DNA of 64,000 nt, from contig NW_002060947.1 in assembly GCF_000150275.1 (NCBI RefSeq), positions 6,835,648 through 6,899,647 of the forward strand. Reading direction: 5' to 3'. The stretch's first letter is position 1. Each line of letters begins with the position of its first letter. The stretch is from Trichoplax adhaerens. Its lineage: Eukaryota > Animalia > Placozoa. This document shows, piece by piece, positions 1 to 13,100 of this stretch. The position numbers and the translations under genes were made by a program. Under the pieces are notes generated by a model, which saw only the letters and a program-made list of their open reading frames with translations, was not told the DNA's origin and did no database searches.

Positions 1-102
1 TCCACGTTACTACTAAACTTGGTACCAGATCGTTACCATAACGAATTACAAAAGATATTAATTCATCGTACTAATTCATATAAATTTTACATAAATTAAC
101 AG

Positions 103-3100
103 GCAATCAAAAAGAGCTCAATAGAAGAAATAGAAAATCTACTTGCTCTCAACTACTACCGTGATAAAATCAACTCAGTTGATAAAGAGAATTCATTTAC
201 TTTTATGCATTATGCTGCAAGATATAATCGATCCGATGTTATTACTTGCTTGATTGGCTCCGGCGCAGGTAATTTTTCATATTTAATGGTATACATATTT
301 TATAAATTACAATAGCTACAGATTTATCTCTAAGAGTAAGCTTATTAATATCTTTATCTAACCTTGTATGATTGTCATCCAGTTAATATTGCCTACAATT
401 GTTTTTTTATTATTTAGATGTTAACAGTAAAAGTGGCAGAGATGGCATTGCTCCTCTCCATGTCGCCGCCCAGCATAATTGTACCAAGGCAGCTCAAACT
501 CTAATTCAGTTTGGCGCAAAGCTTTGTGGTAATTCTAAAGCGAAAGAAGGTCCTTTGCATTTTTGCTGTAAATACGGAAGTGAGGGAGTCGCCGAGGTAT
601 TACGATATTGTAATAATAATTATTCTCTTGAACTGCAATAACCAGCATAAATCTGTTCCAGGAATCACTTTTTTATTTTTAGACTACATTTAAAATCGCC
701 ACTGAAGTAACATATCGCTATTATTGTCCTATTTTGCATATGTTAAAATTGATTTATTTGCATATCGTATATGAACTAGATCATTCTAAGAGAAGCTGAA
801 AAACTCAATATTACTGGAAAGATAGTTAACCACCCTGATAATGAATCCTACTATCCTATCCATTTTGCTGCTTTATATAATAAGGAGAGGATGATTGATA
901 TTTTGGTAAGCCTAAAAGTATTTGGTAACAGATTTGTAGTTAATTAGTATAGACAGTATCGCATTAAATTAACAGTCTTTCTTAGCTAAACATATTCAAC
1001 CCGTTTGACGAACTACTCGTCATGTAGCTAAAATATGGCGCAAGTATAGTAAAAAAGAACATTAACGGTCGATTGCCTTCTCATTTTGCGGCTGAACGTA
1101 AAGATACTTCTATTTTAGAGCATCTACTGCAATACGGTAAGTTGAATATATTCATAAATTTGATGAAAATATGCGTTATACGCAATAGTTTATGTACAAC
1201 TGGATTTTGGAACCATTTACTTATAGCCAAAATTAAGGGACAGAACGACTATATAATGATATCTAATAATGAGGGAGGCACAGCTCTTCATGTAGCAGCA
1301 GATGTTGGTTCTATCGCGGTAAGTTTACAAAGCATCTTATTGCATTTGATTTAATTCGAAGATAATGAAAATTTAACCTAAATGGAATATGGAACCGGAA
1401 TCAATATGAAAAATTGCATCTATTCATCTCGTTAGGCAGCAGAAGTTTGTTTGAAATATAACGCGGATATCGAAGCTCAAACAGTAAATCCAATCATAGT
1501 TTTTTGTTTATGGCGATATTGCTGATACGATGTATCGCATATTTTGTACGATAGTATAATATAGTTTGTTGGCGTTTATTGATAAACAAAGTTATCTTTG
1601 TAGTTCTTTCGCTATATATTGAATACTTGCTTATTTTATCTAGTATGAACTATTAACACCTTTTCACATTGCGGCTATGAATGGCAATTACGAATTTGCC
1701 GAGTTTCTCACAAATAGAGGAGCTAAAATCAACTCAAAAGACAATGAAGGAAAAACATGCCTGCACTATGCAGCTTTGAGTAATAATCTTCCTTTAATTG
1801 GGCTCATGATCCAGCAGGTATGTTCGCCGATGCTTGTTAAGAAGGTCTCAATTGCATGACTTTTGCTTCTTGTAGGGTCAATATCGTAAGATCATAATTA
1901 AACTTCATCAATTCATTTCATACAGGGAGCAGATATTGAAGTTCGCGATAACAAAGAACATACACCATTACTTTCAGCTGTTTATAAAGGGTGTTCATCT
2001 GCTGTCAAGAAATTGCTTGAATTAGGGGCTGATATTACGGCTACAGACTCTAATGGTCGACATTGTTTGCATTATCTAGCTGAGCAAGCTGATTTGAACA
2101 CCTTGTTGATTTTGCTAGAAGTAAGCTTACAGCATTTACATGCACAGATATCATTTTACCTTTAACATTTTGAACTATAATTTTATTAAATAGAATGGAG
2201 GAAAGCAACTAATAGATCGTCCTGATAACAAAGGCATTGTACCACTACGCCTTGCAGCTTTAGCAGGAACTATTGGAGTAAGCTTCGTAACAGTATATCT
2301 CTATACTATTACCCTTTAAGTTATAAATCAGTTCATTATTGCTGGTCAATTAATAGAATTCTTTAGATACAATATTAGACACAACACCCAAGTAAATGGC
2401 AAGGCCACTTATATTTCGATTAGCATTAGTGTATGCGAATATATCTGATGAGTTTGTTCATTTTCTTTTAAAAATTATAGGCAGTATATTATTTAGTCCA
2501 AAATGGTGCATCTCCGCACATCTTGGATGAAGAAGGAAATACCTTGTTGCATTTAGCAGCTAAAGGCAATCATCGCGATACAATTAAGCATATTCTGGAA
2601 GACATCAAAACAAAAGATATCAACGTTAGAAACACGTTCGGTCAAAAGCCTATTCATATTGCCGCTAAATATGGCCATAATCGTGTCGTTCACAATATGA
2701 TTAGAAACGGTGCTGATATTAACAGCAAGTAAGAAGTCAAGAATTGAAATAAGGGCGTTTGATAGATCATCTGGCCTACCATTTTGGCCGATGACGCTTG
2801 AATCAAGCTAATAATCATAATTTTTTTATTAAATAGGGATATTTATTCCTACTATCCTCTACATTATGCCGCTAAAGGTGGATTTAACGCGGTAGTCCAG
2901 CTTTTAGTCTCTAAAAATGTTAAAATTAACGTCTTAGATCGTTCCGATGTAAGTACTCATAGCAATCAAAATATGGTGGTCAGTTTCGATTAATACAGTA
3001 GTTAATATAAGTTCATTGATTTTGTATCTGGTGTCGCATGGAATAGAATTATTTCGTCATTGTAATTTACATTTATAATGTAAAAGACATTAAATTCTAT

Positions 3101-6100
3101 TACGTAAATATAATCTTTATTCATGAAATAATATAGACAATCTAAGATTAGCAGATATTCAATATTGAAACATAATAATTTAGGTAGTTCGTACTGAGAG
3201 AATGGCATCATATCAAAACTGCAATACTCTTTATATTTTCACTTTTCCTAAATTTACATTGCTGTTTAAAATAACTAAAATTCCTAATACAATTAATTTA
3301 CTTTTAATCTGGAAGAATACACCCCTACATTTAGCATCTGCTAATGGACATCAAGAAGTAACCAAAATATTATTAGCAAGCGGAGCCGACCCAACCACGA
3401 TCAATAATCAGGGTCAAAATTGTTTAGACATAGCGATCGAAAACGAGCATGCCGAAATTGGACTACAAATTATCAGTAGTAAATAGTAAGATTCGAAATT
3501 TGATATTTTAATCTTTTAGGAGCTTATTTACTTTTCTTGACTTTATCGTTTTCTTAATTTGCCGTAGCTACTACCGTAATTAGAATATTGCTATCGGAAA
3601 ATTTGTTCTGAGGTCTAACTTAATTTTGTACTCCTAGTTGGGAAAAAGTTCTTGAAAACAGAGAATTTGATGGGCAAACACCAATGAAGAGACTTATCGA
3701 GAAGCTTCCTGCTGTCGCTAGTGTAAGTATAAATTGTGATATGTTTTTTTATAGGCCGTAAATAATAGTAGAAGCATTTGTGGTCTAGTACGTATATTTA
3801 CACTCATTATATTTCATAGTATATTTATTTAGCTACATTAACAGATGCTATTTTATCACTTTTCTTACCTGAATGCTCTTGCTTTAAGAAAGAAAGTAAT
3901 CGATAACAGTGATTATTTTAAAGACTTTAGTAACTATATCACAATTCAGAATCTTATAATAATCCTTGAAAGTGTTTCAGTTCTTAAAACTTATATGTAG
4001 CACTTGTAGAAGAGGAAAGTATGAATTACATTCTCAATCGCAGTATGGTACTCTCTAATCTATTGCAGGCTGTTATGGATCGATGTGTAACATATACCAA
4101 TGAAATTGGAGAGTCCAAGGAAGAAGAGGTTAGATAATGACGTTGTCGAAAGCGATTATCTTCAACATCACATTAATATAAGATTCTAGATAAATAAATG
4201 GATGAGATAACAGCTAAAAGCTAATAGGGTAATATCGTTATATTGTAAATAATCTAGTCGACAAATTATACTAGTGGTAAACCTGAATATGTATTATTAG
4301 AGATCTAATAAATGATCACAATCATTTTAATCAAAACTTTTTTAGATTCTTTTCAACTTTGCCTATTTGGAAACTCCTCCATTTCAAACCAGGCATAAAA
4401 AAGTTGATGATGGTTATTTAGCAGCATCGGTACGAGTCTTAATAAACAGCCTCAGGGAACTTAATCCTTAGGGCAAAGAGTAATTTGTGCGCACGCAATC
4501 GACTGCGACCAACTTGTTCCTTATAAGGCATTTACTATTGCTCTATTAGAGTATCCTTTCGCATAACAGGATCAAATTAATGAAGCACCCCCTCATTCGG
4601 GCTTATCGACACTATAAATGGTATTAAGGATGAGTGTAAATTTATACTCATGATTCTGCTAGAGTTAAATTCAATATCTAATTAAAATAAAACTCTCTTA
4701 TACACATTAACGATAATACAAAAATTATTCATCAATTTAGGAATTCCCTACTACGATATCTCTATTATGGAAAAGTTTTCGTCAATCTAGTGTTTCTGTT
4801 GGCTGTTTGCGTACCAGTTAGCCTGAATATTGGGAATTATTATGAAGCTGTCCGTAATCAAACTGCAAGCAACGCTGTTGGAGCAGCAGTAGTGGCGCAG
4901 GTATAAAGTAAATTTTTTTAGTATTAATGCACTTCAGCTATATTTTTATTAGCTTCTAATCCCGTAGATGTAGTTACTTCTGAGTGAAATCACGTATCTA
5001 ATCTCATGTTGATGCCTATTATTCTTTTGATCTATAATTTGGGATATATCTGGACCATTTGGATGAAAACATTGATTGCCGATAATTAGTATTCGGAGGC
5101 AGTCTATACAAGAAATATTGTTACTTTTTGTGCCGTGGTATTTAATATTTTCATCAATTTAACCAAATATCTTTTCCAGGTTAGTTTATAAATTAATATT
5201 GGACAATGATTTACTACGTGGTGTTTGACATTTATCTGAGCATGACCAAGCCTTAAATTTGTCATTAGGCTTAACAAATACGTTAATCACAGTTTTTAAT
5301 TGATTTAGATGTAACATAATCTGTTTCAGCAATAATTTAAATGACAGTTCTGTATCGTCTATTCTAGCCCAGGAAGCTTAAACAAATCGGAATAATTAAC
5401 GACACTGGAACTTCCATACTGGAAATTGGAGTCGAATTATTAGTTCTGTTGTATTGTATCCCCTTTGAACGGCCAACAACGAATTTCACAGTTCAGATGG
5501 GAGCTCTAATTATTTTCCTCTCCATAATCAACTTTCTAGTGCACCTGAAAAGGTAAGGCTTGAATAGAATTCTGCTTAATATTGTTAAGCTTAAATCGTA
5601 TTGATCATTATCGTGAATCAATTTAAAAATGTGTTAATAAGTAGAGAAAGTAAATATTTCGTGCTAGCTGTCACCATTAAACAGAATGTTACGATCGCGC
5701 ATCATTATTTTCCGTTAAGAAAAACCCAGATAGATGGATAAATTTCATTTCAATTTTCCTATTAACCAGTGTAGTATCTATTTTGTGCAGAAACTTTCGT
5801 TACCTAATAGATACCACTATCTAATGTAGAATATAAACGCGTATCATAAGCACTTTATAACTCGCAGAAACCCAGTGAATGTGCATAGCTTACTAGTATA
5901 CAAGTTTAAGTGAATAGCTAGGTACGCGCTACATCTAGTCTACGATATTTTCGAAATGGGTGACATTAGATGAAGTCAATTCTATTCATTTAAAACTGAT
6001 ACGAAGTTATTAAATTCTTCAATGAACTAATGGAAACTTTATCAATTTTCTTACATAAAACTAATACAGGGCGTTCGGTATCGGATTATATTTGACCATG

Positions 6101-7195
6101 TTTCTTACCATCATGAAGACAATTATTCGAGCTTCACTAGTCATTATTCTATTTTTAACCGCCTTTGCCATTGCATGCTATATGGTTTTAAGACAGCTGG
6201 TAAGTAGTAGCAATTTTACATATTGCAAAATCTATCATTAACATTAATTACGTTTATAGCCGGAGTTCAGCGAATTCGGATATGCGTTTATACGTGTTCT
6301 AACCATGATGGTGGGAGATATTAGCTACCGCGAAACATTCCAACATTTATACGACACCAATCAACTGCAACACTCCAGTTTAGCCTTGATCATCATTGTC
6401 CTCTTTGTGATAGTTATTAACATTGCCTTTGCCAATTTATTGGTATGTCGATATTGAGTTATTTTTAATTCTACTTATTACCAATATTTTTTTCGATTTA
6501 ATTGATTTAATAATGATGCCCTGTCGTATTTAAGGTCGGTTTGGCTGTAGGAGATATAAATGAAGTCAGATCAAATGCCGATATCAGTTTAATTCAGATG
6601 GATCTTTCCTACATTAGCGATGTCAGAACATGTCATTTACCGAAATGGCTGCGAGTTTATTTTTCTCGGTCAGCATTAGTTCTTCGAAAACATCAGAAGA
6701 TAAAACTAAGAGAAAAGGTTGAGGATATTAACTATATATAGCTATTGCACGTGACTAATTTTTTCTACATAGGACCATCATAACTTAGTATGATATTTAA
6801 TAGATATTTTATTGTTTCTTTAGTATGAATGGGAAAAGTTAACTGAAGGTGTTCAACTGCAAGTTCCTACCGAGAATGCAGCTGCAAAATGCAAAACCAT
6901 CACCATGTTGGAAGAGTTAAGAGAGCAACACTTAGAGTAAGTAAAGGAATTGCTCTTGTGACAGCTATAGGTAGTTTATAAGATGAGCCATATCTTACAA
7001 CAGCTATCAAACGAACTACAATATCAGATCTTATATCGAACTTATGCTATTACTAATTATTATGTCTTCAAACGCGATTGTAGAATCAAAGACATGTCAG
7101 ATAAGTTCACCGACTTTCGATCGGATGTCTTCCAACGATTATACAGAATGGAACAAGAAATCAAAAAAGCGAATGAAGATACTACGAAATCTTAA
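103..7195 (+). CDS. TRPA1: TRPA1-like ankyrin-repeat transient receptor potential cation channel, paralogue 1 (5'-incomplete; 24 exons in window)
   Basis: Manually spliced GT-AG exons starting near 103, 418, 780, 1028, 1227, 1436, 1644, 1927, 2194, 2481, 2837, 3316, 3638, 4069, 4346, 4550, 4741, 5090, 5368, 6070, 6260, 6535, 6824 and 7084 stay in frame. They encode ~16 ankyrin repeats (APLHVAA, TALHVAA, TLLHLAA, TPLHLAS...), pre-S1 HPLIRAYRHYKW, six TM segments, pore TMMVGDISYRETF (human TRPA1 SMMLGDINYRESF), S6/TRP-like ANLLVGLAVGDINEV and a coiled-coil tail ending at TAA 7193-7195. The exon equivalent to paralogue 2 exon 1 lies outside the window. Confidence 0.93.
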
Positions 7196-8664
7196 ACTAT
7201 TGACTAACCTAAGATATATTAGCCAACAATAAGTAACTGCCTAAATAGCTGTCATTATATTCACGGATTCCTTTAAAAGCAATTCGATTGTGTATACTAG
7301 CGTATAGAAGTCTTATTTATTTATCAATGTCTCCGCATACCGGATATTATTATAGACAAAATCTTTCTTCCTTCGTAAGCTACGATTAATCGATTTAATT
7401 ATTGGATTATGTATGCATTTTCTCGGATAACATACTTAATTCTTGTGCGTGTTATGTTCTGATAAATAAGACAACAATCCTTTCTGTATTTACGTAATCA
7501 ATGTCAGTAATGATCTTCCTTACGAATATCGCATGACAAGATCTTGACTAAAAGAGATCAGGGCAGCTTGGATTTATATCTATGAACTATGGGCTGCTCA
7601 TAGAAGAGTAAAGATTTTAAGCTTTTAGTTATTTCATTCCAAACTTTCATAAACCTATAATGGCAAATTTATTTAGCTTCAGAGATTGACGTCTCTGTAA
7701 TGCCTGTTCTATCTATAAATATAATAAAAAATCTAAATCATGTAACATCTCCAAAATAAAGAAATACGCGGACAACAACCGAAATGCGAATATAAATTAT
7801 ATCTGGCTTATTTTAACCATCTAATTTATAAATGTCTTTCAGAGAGTCGCAAAATTCTATTCCTTTTGAATTTCTATCATTTAGCATAAGGTGGCGTCGA
7901 TACAATTGACAACTACTCGTGATTGACAATACTAATTTGATTTACGAGTTAGAATATTTTTAAACGACACATTCAACATTGATATGCCCCTATTTTCATT
8001 ATTTCTGGTGTACTTTGCTTTATAAAATATTTTCATTTCATCTAGTCACTCATATGCGCTAAATCATGCTTACGGCAATGGCTGCTGTACAGACATTGCG
8101 CCATCAATGATCGCTATTTACAGTGGAATGATTGATGTGTGGATTTCAATTAAGTTATCCAATCCTTCATGATTACAAGTTTTTAATTACGCTAATCTAT
8201 AATTTCCTGCTCAGCAAAATGATATGCTCGTTGTTACGTGCAGCTGCTGAAATATTCATTACACTATAGTACAGTACAGTAGTTGCCAGATGATTGCAAT
8301 TACTAAGGGAATGTGGTACAGCAACGTGTGTGTAGATAAGCGTAAATATCTGATAGTATGAGTTACTACCTTTACAATACAAACTGTAAATGAGCTGGTA
8401 TATAAGATCGAGTTTATAAAATAAAAAGGTATCTTCTTTACAAGGATCTATGTGTTAGGTTACGTCACTATATTAATTAAGAACTTAACACTCGTATAGC
8501 ACTGGCAGTAGAAATGCCAACTACAATATAATTTTAACCGTGTCATCATGCTCAAATTGATGTAAACTGGTTGAATTCATCAAAATCTAATCTCCTACAC
8601 TTAGAAAGAATTAGGTAAGTGGACGCAAAACTATGATTCAGTTGATACACTTGACGATGCAAAG

Positions 8665-8783
8665 AGAGATTGACCGAATTGGTGATCAGTTGCTTGGCCA
8701 TTCATAGGGATTGACAAAGTTAATGGCTAGTTGCTCGGCCAGTCATAGGGAATGGCCGGTTCTCGGGGATTGACCGTAAATAC
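8665..8783. repeat. Short degenerate ~41-bp repeat (GATTGAC...AGTTGCT(T/C)GGCCA(T/G)TCATAGG), possible DNA-transposon terminal relic
   Basis: Two imperfect copies plus a partial third ending GGGGATTGACCGTAAATAC; GC-richer than flanks. Confidence 0.5.
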
Positions 8784-8936
8784 ATATATACGTACAGTAC
8801 ATGCAATCGGAATTAATCAAAGTGCTTTCGAGGCTCAGGATAATCGTATTCATAATATCGGAATACTTAATTTCCAATTTATCCATGGGCATTTTGTGTA
8901 TTATGCTGTAGCTACTTTGTAATTACCGATTTCTAC

Positions 8937-9280
8937 CGTAAAATTATCCCCGAGCTTCCACGGAGTAGGCTACTAGCGGTAAGATGAAATATTATTCTGT
9001 GTTATAAACATATTAAAATTCTCGTAAAATTATCCCCGAGCTTCCACGGAGTAGGCTACTAGCGGTAAGAAAAAAATATATTCTGTGTTATAAACATATC
9101 AAAATTCTCGTAAAATTATCCCCAAGCTTCCATGGAGTAGGCTACTAGCGGTAAGATAAAATATTATTCTGTGTTATAAACATATTAAAATTCTAGTAAA
9201 ATTATCCCCAAGCTTCCACGGAGTAGGCTACTAGCGGTAAGATAAAATATTATTCTGTGTTATAAACATATTAAAATTCT
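8937..9280. repeat. Tandem repeat, 4 x 86 bp, near-identical
   Basis: Unit CGTAAAATTATCCCCGAGCTTCCACGGAGTAGGCTACTAGCGGTAAGAT...AAAATTCT recurs at 8937, 9023, 9109 and 9195 with few substitutions. Confidence 0.97.
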
Positions 9281-10135
9281 CCTAGTCGATGTGATTCACT
9301 AAAGTTTAATTAAGCAGATGACATACGGTACATGCCTGTGAGACACATTAGAGACTCTAGGGTTTCTAATGTCTACGTAGTTGTAGTCTATAAATAAGAC
9401 CCTCTTCTTAAAAGCATCAAAATAATATGAAGGGATCCGACGGTATACTACATTCAATCATTCAAATCCTTAAACAAGAATTCAATCTAGCTTATAAAGC
9501 ATTGTACACCAAGCACATATTGTTACCCAAGCTACTCACAGCGCAAAAGTATATAATAATAAAATAGTAATTTCAGCGCATAAAGCTGGCTCGTTCATAT
9601 TGAAATAACGATAAAAGGTAAAAAAATTCTTCAAACTTAGGCTGTAATTGCCTTTGTCAACTCGAGTTCTACATAATGTTTACTATAGCTTACTTTATAT
9701 TGTGTATCAGCTTTTATAGAACATATGCTACGATAGTTTTGAAAGTTTAGAACTTATCATGTAGGAATGAATACAATAATATCGTTGGCAAGTTTAAAAT
9801 TGCAAGTCATGGTTATCTTGCATACCTTAGGATGGTATTCTCATCATATGAAAACGTTATAAGTGCTCTCTTATTTACCCTAGGTTCATTAACTAGCTGG
9901 AATATTAATGAACTATTAGATAATTGTTTAAGTGGAATATAATTAACAATGCCATACAATGGTTACAGTTGTATTGAATTATTCTGTTTAGCTACTAAAT
10001 GCCTATACAAAAATAGTAAGAATAAAAATTACACTAGACAACGATTTCCCCTTAAACGTACGGTTCAGAAGTAAAAGGCTTTAATATCATCAATAGTGAA
10101 GAAATAACAAATTTGCCAAGATTTTTCAACCCACC

Positions 10136-13100
10136 ATGGTAAAAAATTCTTCATCAGTATTGCCCTTTCAGGGTAGCGATGAAGAAAATCCGGACAATAA
10201 ATCACCGAAACAAAAATCATTCCCATTTGGAGTATTTAGATCGGAAAATAAGCAATCAAATACTGAAAAGAAGCCCGATGATATCAAATCCTTTCTTACT
10301 CGCGTCACTAGTCGAAAAAGGAAGGGTAAATTACCCGAAAATTCTATCAATAACTCTTTAGTTAGCCTTGGAATAGCCATGGCCACTTCAACAACGAAAG
10401 ATATCCACCAGGTTTGTGATTATCTCGTCTCATTTTCTGGTTCATATACGGTACTGGACGCCATCACATCGCAGTTTAAATAACTTTATAGACTGAATTC
10501 GCCGGGGCAATTTTAGAAGGGTTGTCATTTCTGAACAGTTTACTAAAACTATGGATATTAAGTCCAGCTTTGTTTCTCCACAGCAAATCGTCAGCCTTAA
10601 TGCCACACTTACTGCAAACTGCATCACACCAAATCGGTTATCGTTATTAATCAAATATCTTATTTTTGTCATCATGAGTACGCTATGTAATCAACTTGTT
10701 AGTTATCAACTACTTGCATGATATTCGTAATAGAAAATAACTCTATGTACAATGATTCAATGTACGCGTATGAGCTTTCGTTGACTTTGGAGGCCATGAC
10801 GAACAGTCGCAGTAGTAATTAACATTGTGGAAATTTGAAAATGTAAATAGCATCAATGTTAAATTTTAAACTCTACAAGCTATACTATTGTAAGAGATTT
10901 AAATATTGAATCCCCAAAAGCGTGATGACGATGAGAGTACAGTTTGAATATACTTCAATCTTATTACAAGAATCACTGATTCCCAATCCACATCAAATTT
11001 ATGTTATAGAAGGCATTCCGTTACAACTTTGTTGAATTTATAATTTATTTATAATTAGGAATCTAAACATTTTTTACTGCGGTTTACCACCTAAATCAGC
11101 ATTACTAACCTAATCCTAAAACAAAATTAATACGAGAATCTATATTTATCGAATGTAACTTAGTATCTTAATATCCTTGAGTTAATAAGGACATTTCTCG
11201 CCACTGCCTAGTTGATACTGGTACTGCATACTACATTGAAAATGTGTAGCTAAACTTTGTACTCATAATGCAATATTAATTTCATCAAACCCTTTAATTT
11301 AATAATGAAATTATTGATGATAAGTAAACGATTAGAAATTACTACAAGACATTAGATATCTAATATCACAGCAGTTGTAGACTTACTTGATGATACTAAA
11401 GGAATGAAAAAATAGCCAAGCGAAATGACTGCTATCGTACATTAGCTTTATATTTATCAAGCAAACTAACCTTTCTGAAGTTCAATGCGGCACAAGTAAC
11501 AAGCCATACCCATACTTCCCCTGATTACTGCCAATTAAGGTTAAAGTTATGAATCAGAAAACAAGTGACCAGTAAAAGCGAATTTGGCATCACAAAGCTA
11601 AAAGCTAATGAGACTATCAGATGAAATGATCTTCACAGGGCTTTATTCTATTTCTCGTTGCATCAAGTGAATAAACGAATTTTTCTGTATTAAAACTTAG
11701 TAGCCAAGAGTATAAATTAGATTTAATCTATGAATCGATCTGAAGCAATAGCAACCGGTTTTTAAAAGTTTCCTATTTACTCTTAAAAGCTTCTTATACA
11801 TTGTACTAATATCTAATACTTATACTGTAGGCAATACGAGAAGGTTCTATGCGTGATATTGAATATATGATGGAAATTGCCTTTTATCGAGAGAAAATAA
11901 ATCTATTCGATAAAGCCAACACATTCACACTAATGCATTATGCTGCTCAGTATGATCAAGACCAGATTTTGGTTTGCTTGGCTCAAAACGGAGGCGGTAA
12001 GTAAACTGTACCGTCCTAATTCTGCTAGTACAATATATAAGTTAGAAATAGCAACTAAATGGATCTACATTAAAAGAGAATACTTTTAAACCGAAACAGA
12101 TAGATGATGTCTCATTAAAATTTTAAGCTATATTACTACGTATGCTAGATAATGTTATCTTGCTCATATTTAGATATCAATGCTAAAACCGCAAAGATTG
12201 GTCTTGTTCCATTACATGTTGCAGCCAAATATAATAGTACTAAAGCTGCTAAGGCCTTAATTGACCTTGGAGCTGATATTGATGTTGAAACTAAAGGGAA
12301 AGAAACTCCCCTACTTCACTGTTGCCAGCATTCCAGTCACCAGATTTGCGAGGTAAAAAACATAGTTATCGTTGTTTCGTTTTAAAATTAGCAAAAGGTT
12401 CACCCATAGATATTTTGCTACCTTCAATTAAAGATATATGTTAAAGGCTTCACTAAATCTTTGTTCAGAATAATAAAATTCAAGTTCGACTACTATTAAT
12501 ATTTTTCAACTATGTTTGAATTATTGCAACACTAAAATTATTTGTTAACGTACGTCAGATGATACTTATGGAAGCCAAAAGACGAAATGTACTCAGTAAA
12601 GTCGTTAACCATCATGATAATGAGCATTACTATCCAATACATATAGCTGGTTTTTACAGTGATCAGCGAATGATGGAGATTATGGTAAGTAAGAAATCAT
12701 TCTATTTTCCTTGTTCTTATACGAAATGCACGCAAACCGATAATATGCTATAGGTACTAAGTACCTATACCTTCTAATAAAAATTCTGATCAAATATAGC
12801 TATTGGCCTTTTAAAAAGCTGCTATTGCTATCCCTTTATTTCATGAATATGAATTGTATTATTCGGTATTAAATCGGATATATCCGATCGTTTTTATAAT
12901 TTAACAGCTTCGATATGGAGCAAATATTTATAAGAAAAACTATATTGGCCGACTGGCATCTCATTATGCAGTTTTACAAAAAACTACCGATGCCCTTGAA
13001 ATTTTATTGCAGCACGGTAAGACTAACAATCTTAATGTATTGAATATTAATATTACTTCCAGCTCAAAGTGATTGATATTTCAATTTCTTAGCAACGACT

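Noticed and set aside
8937-9280. 86-bp array as CRISPR or tRNA/ncRNA cluster
   Set aside because: The whole unit repeats with no variable spacer; no cloverleaf or A/B boxes recognised.
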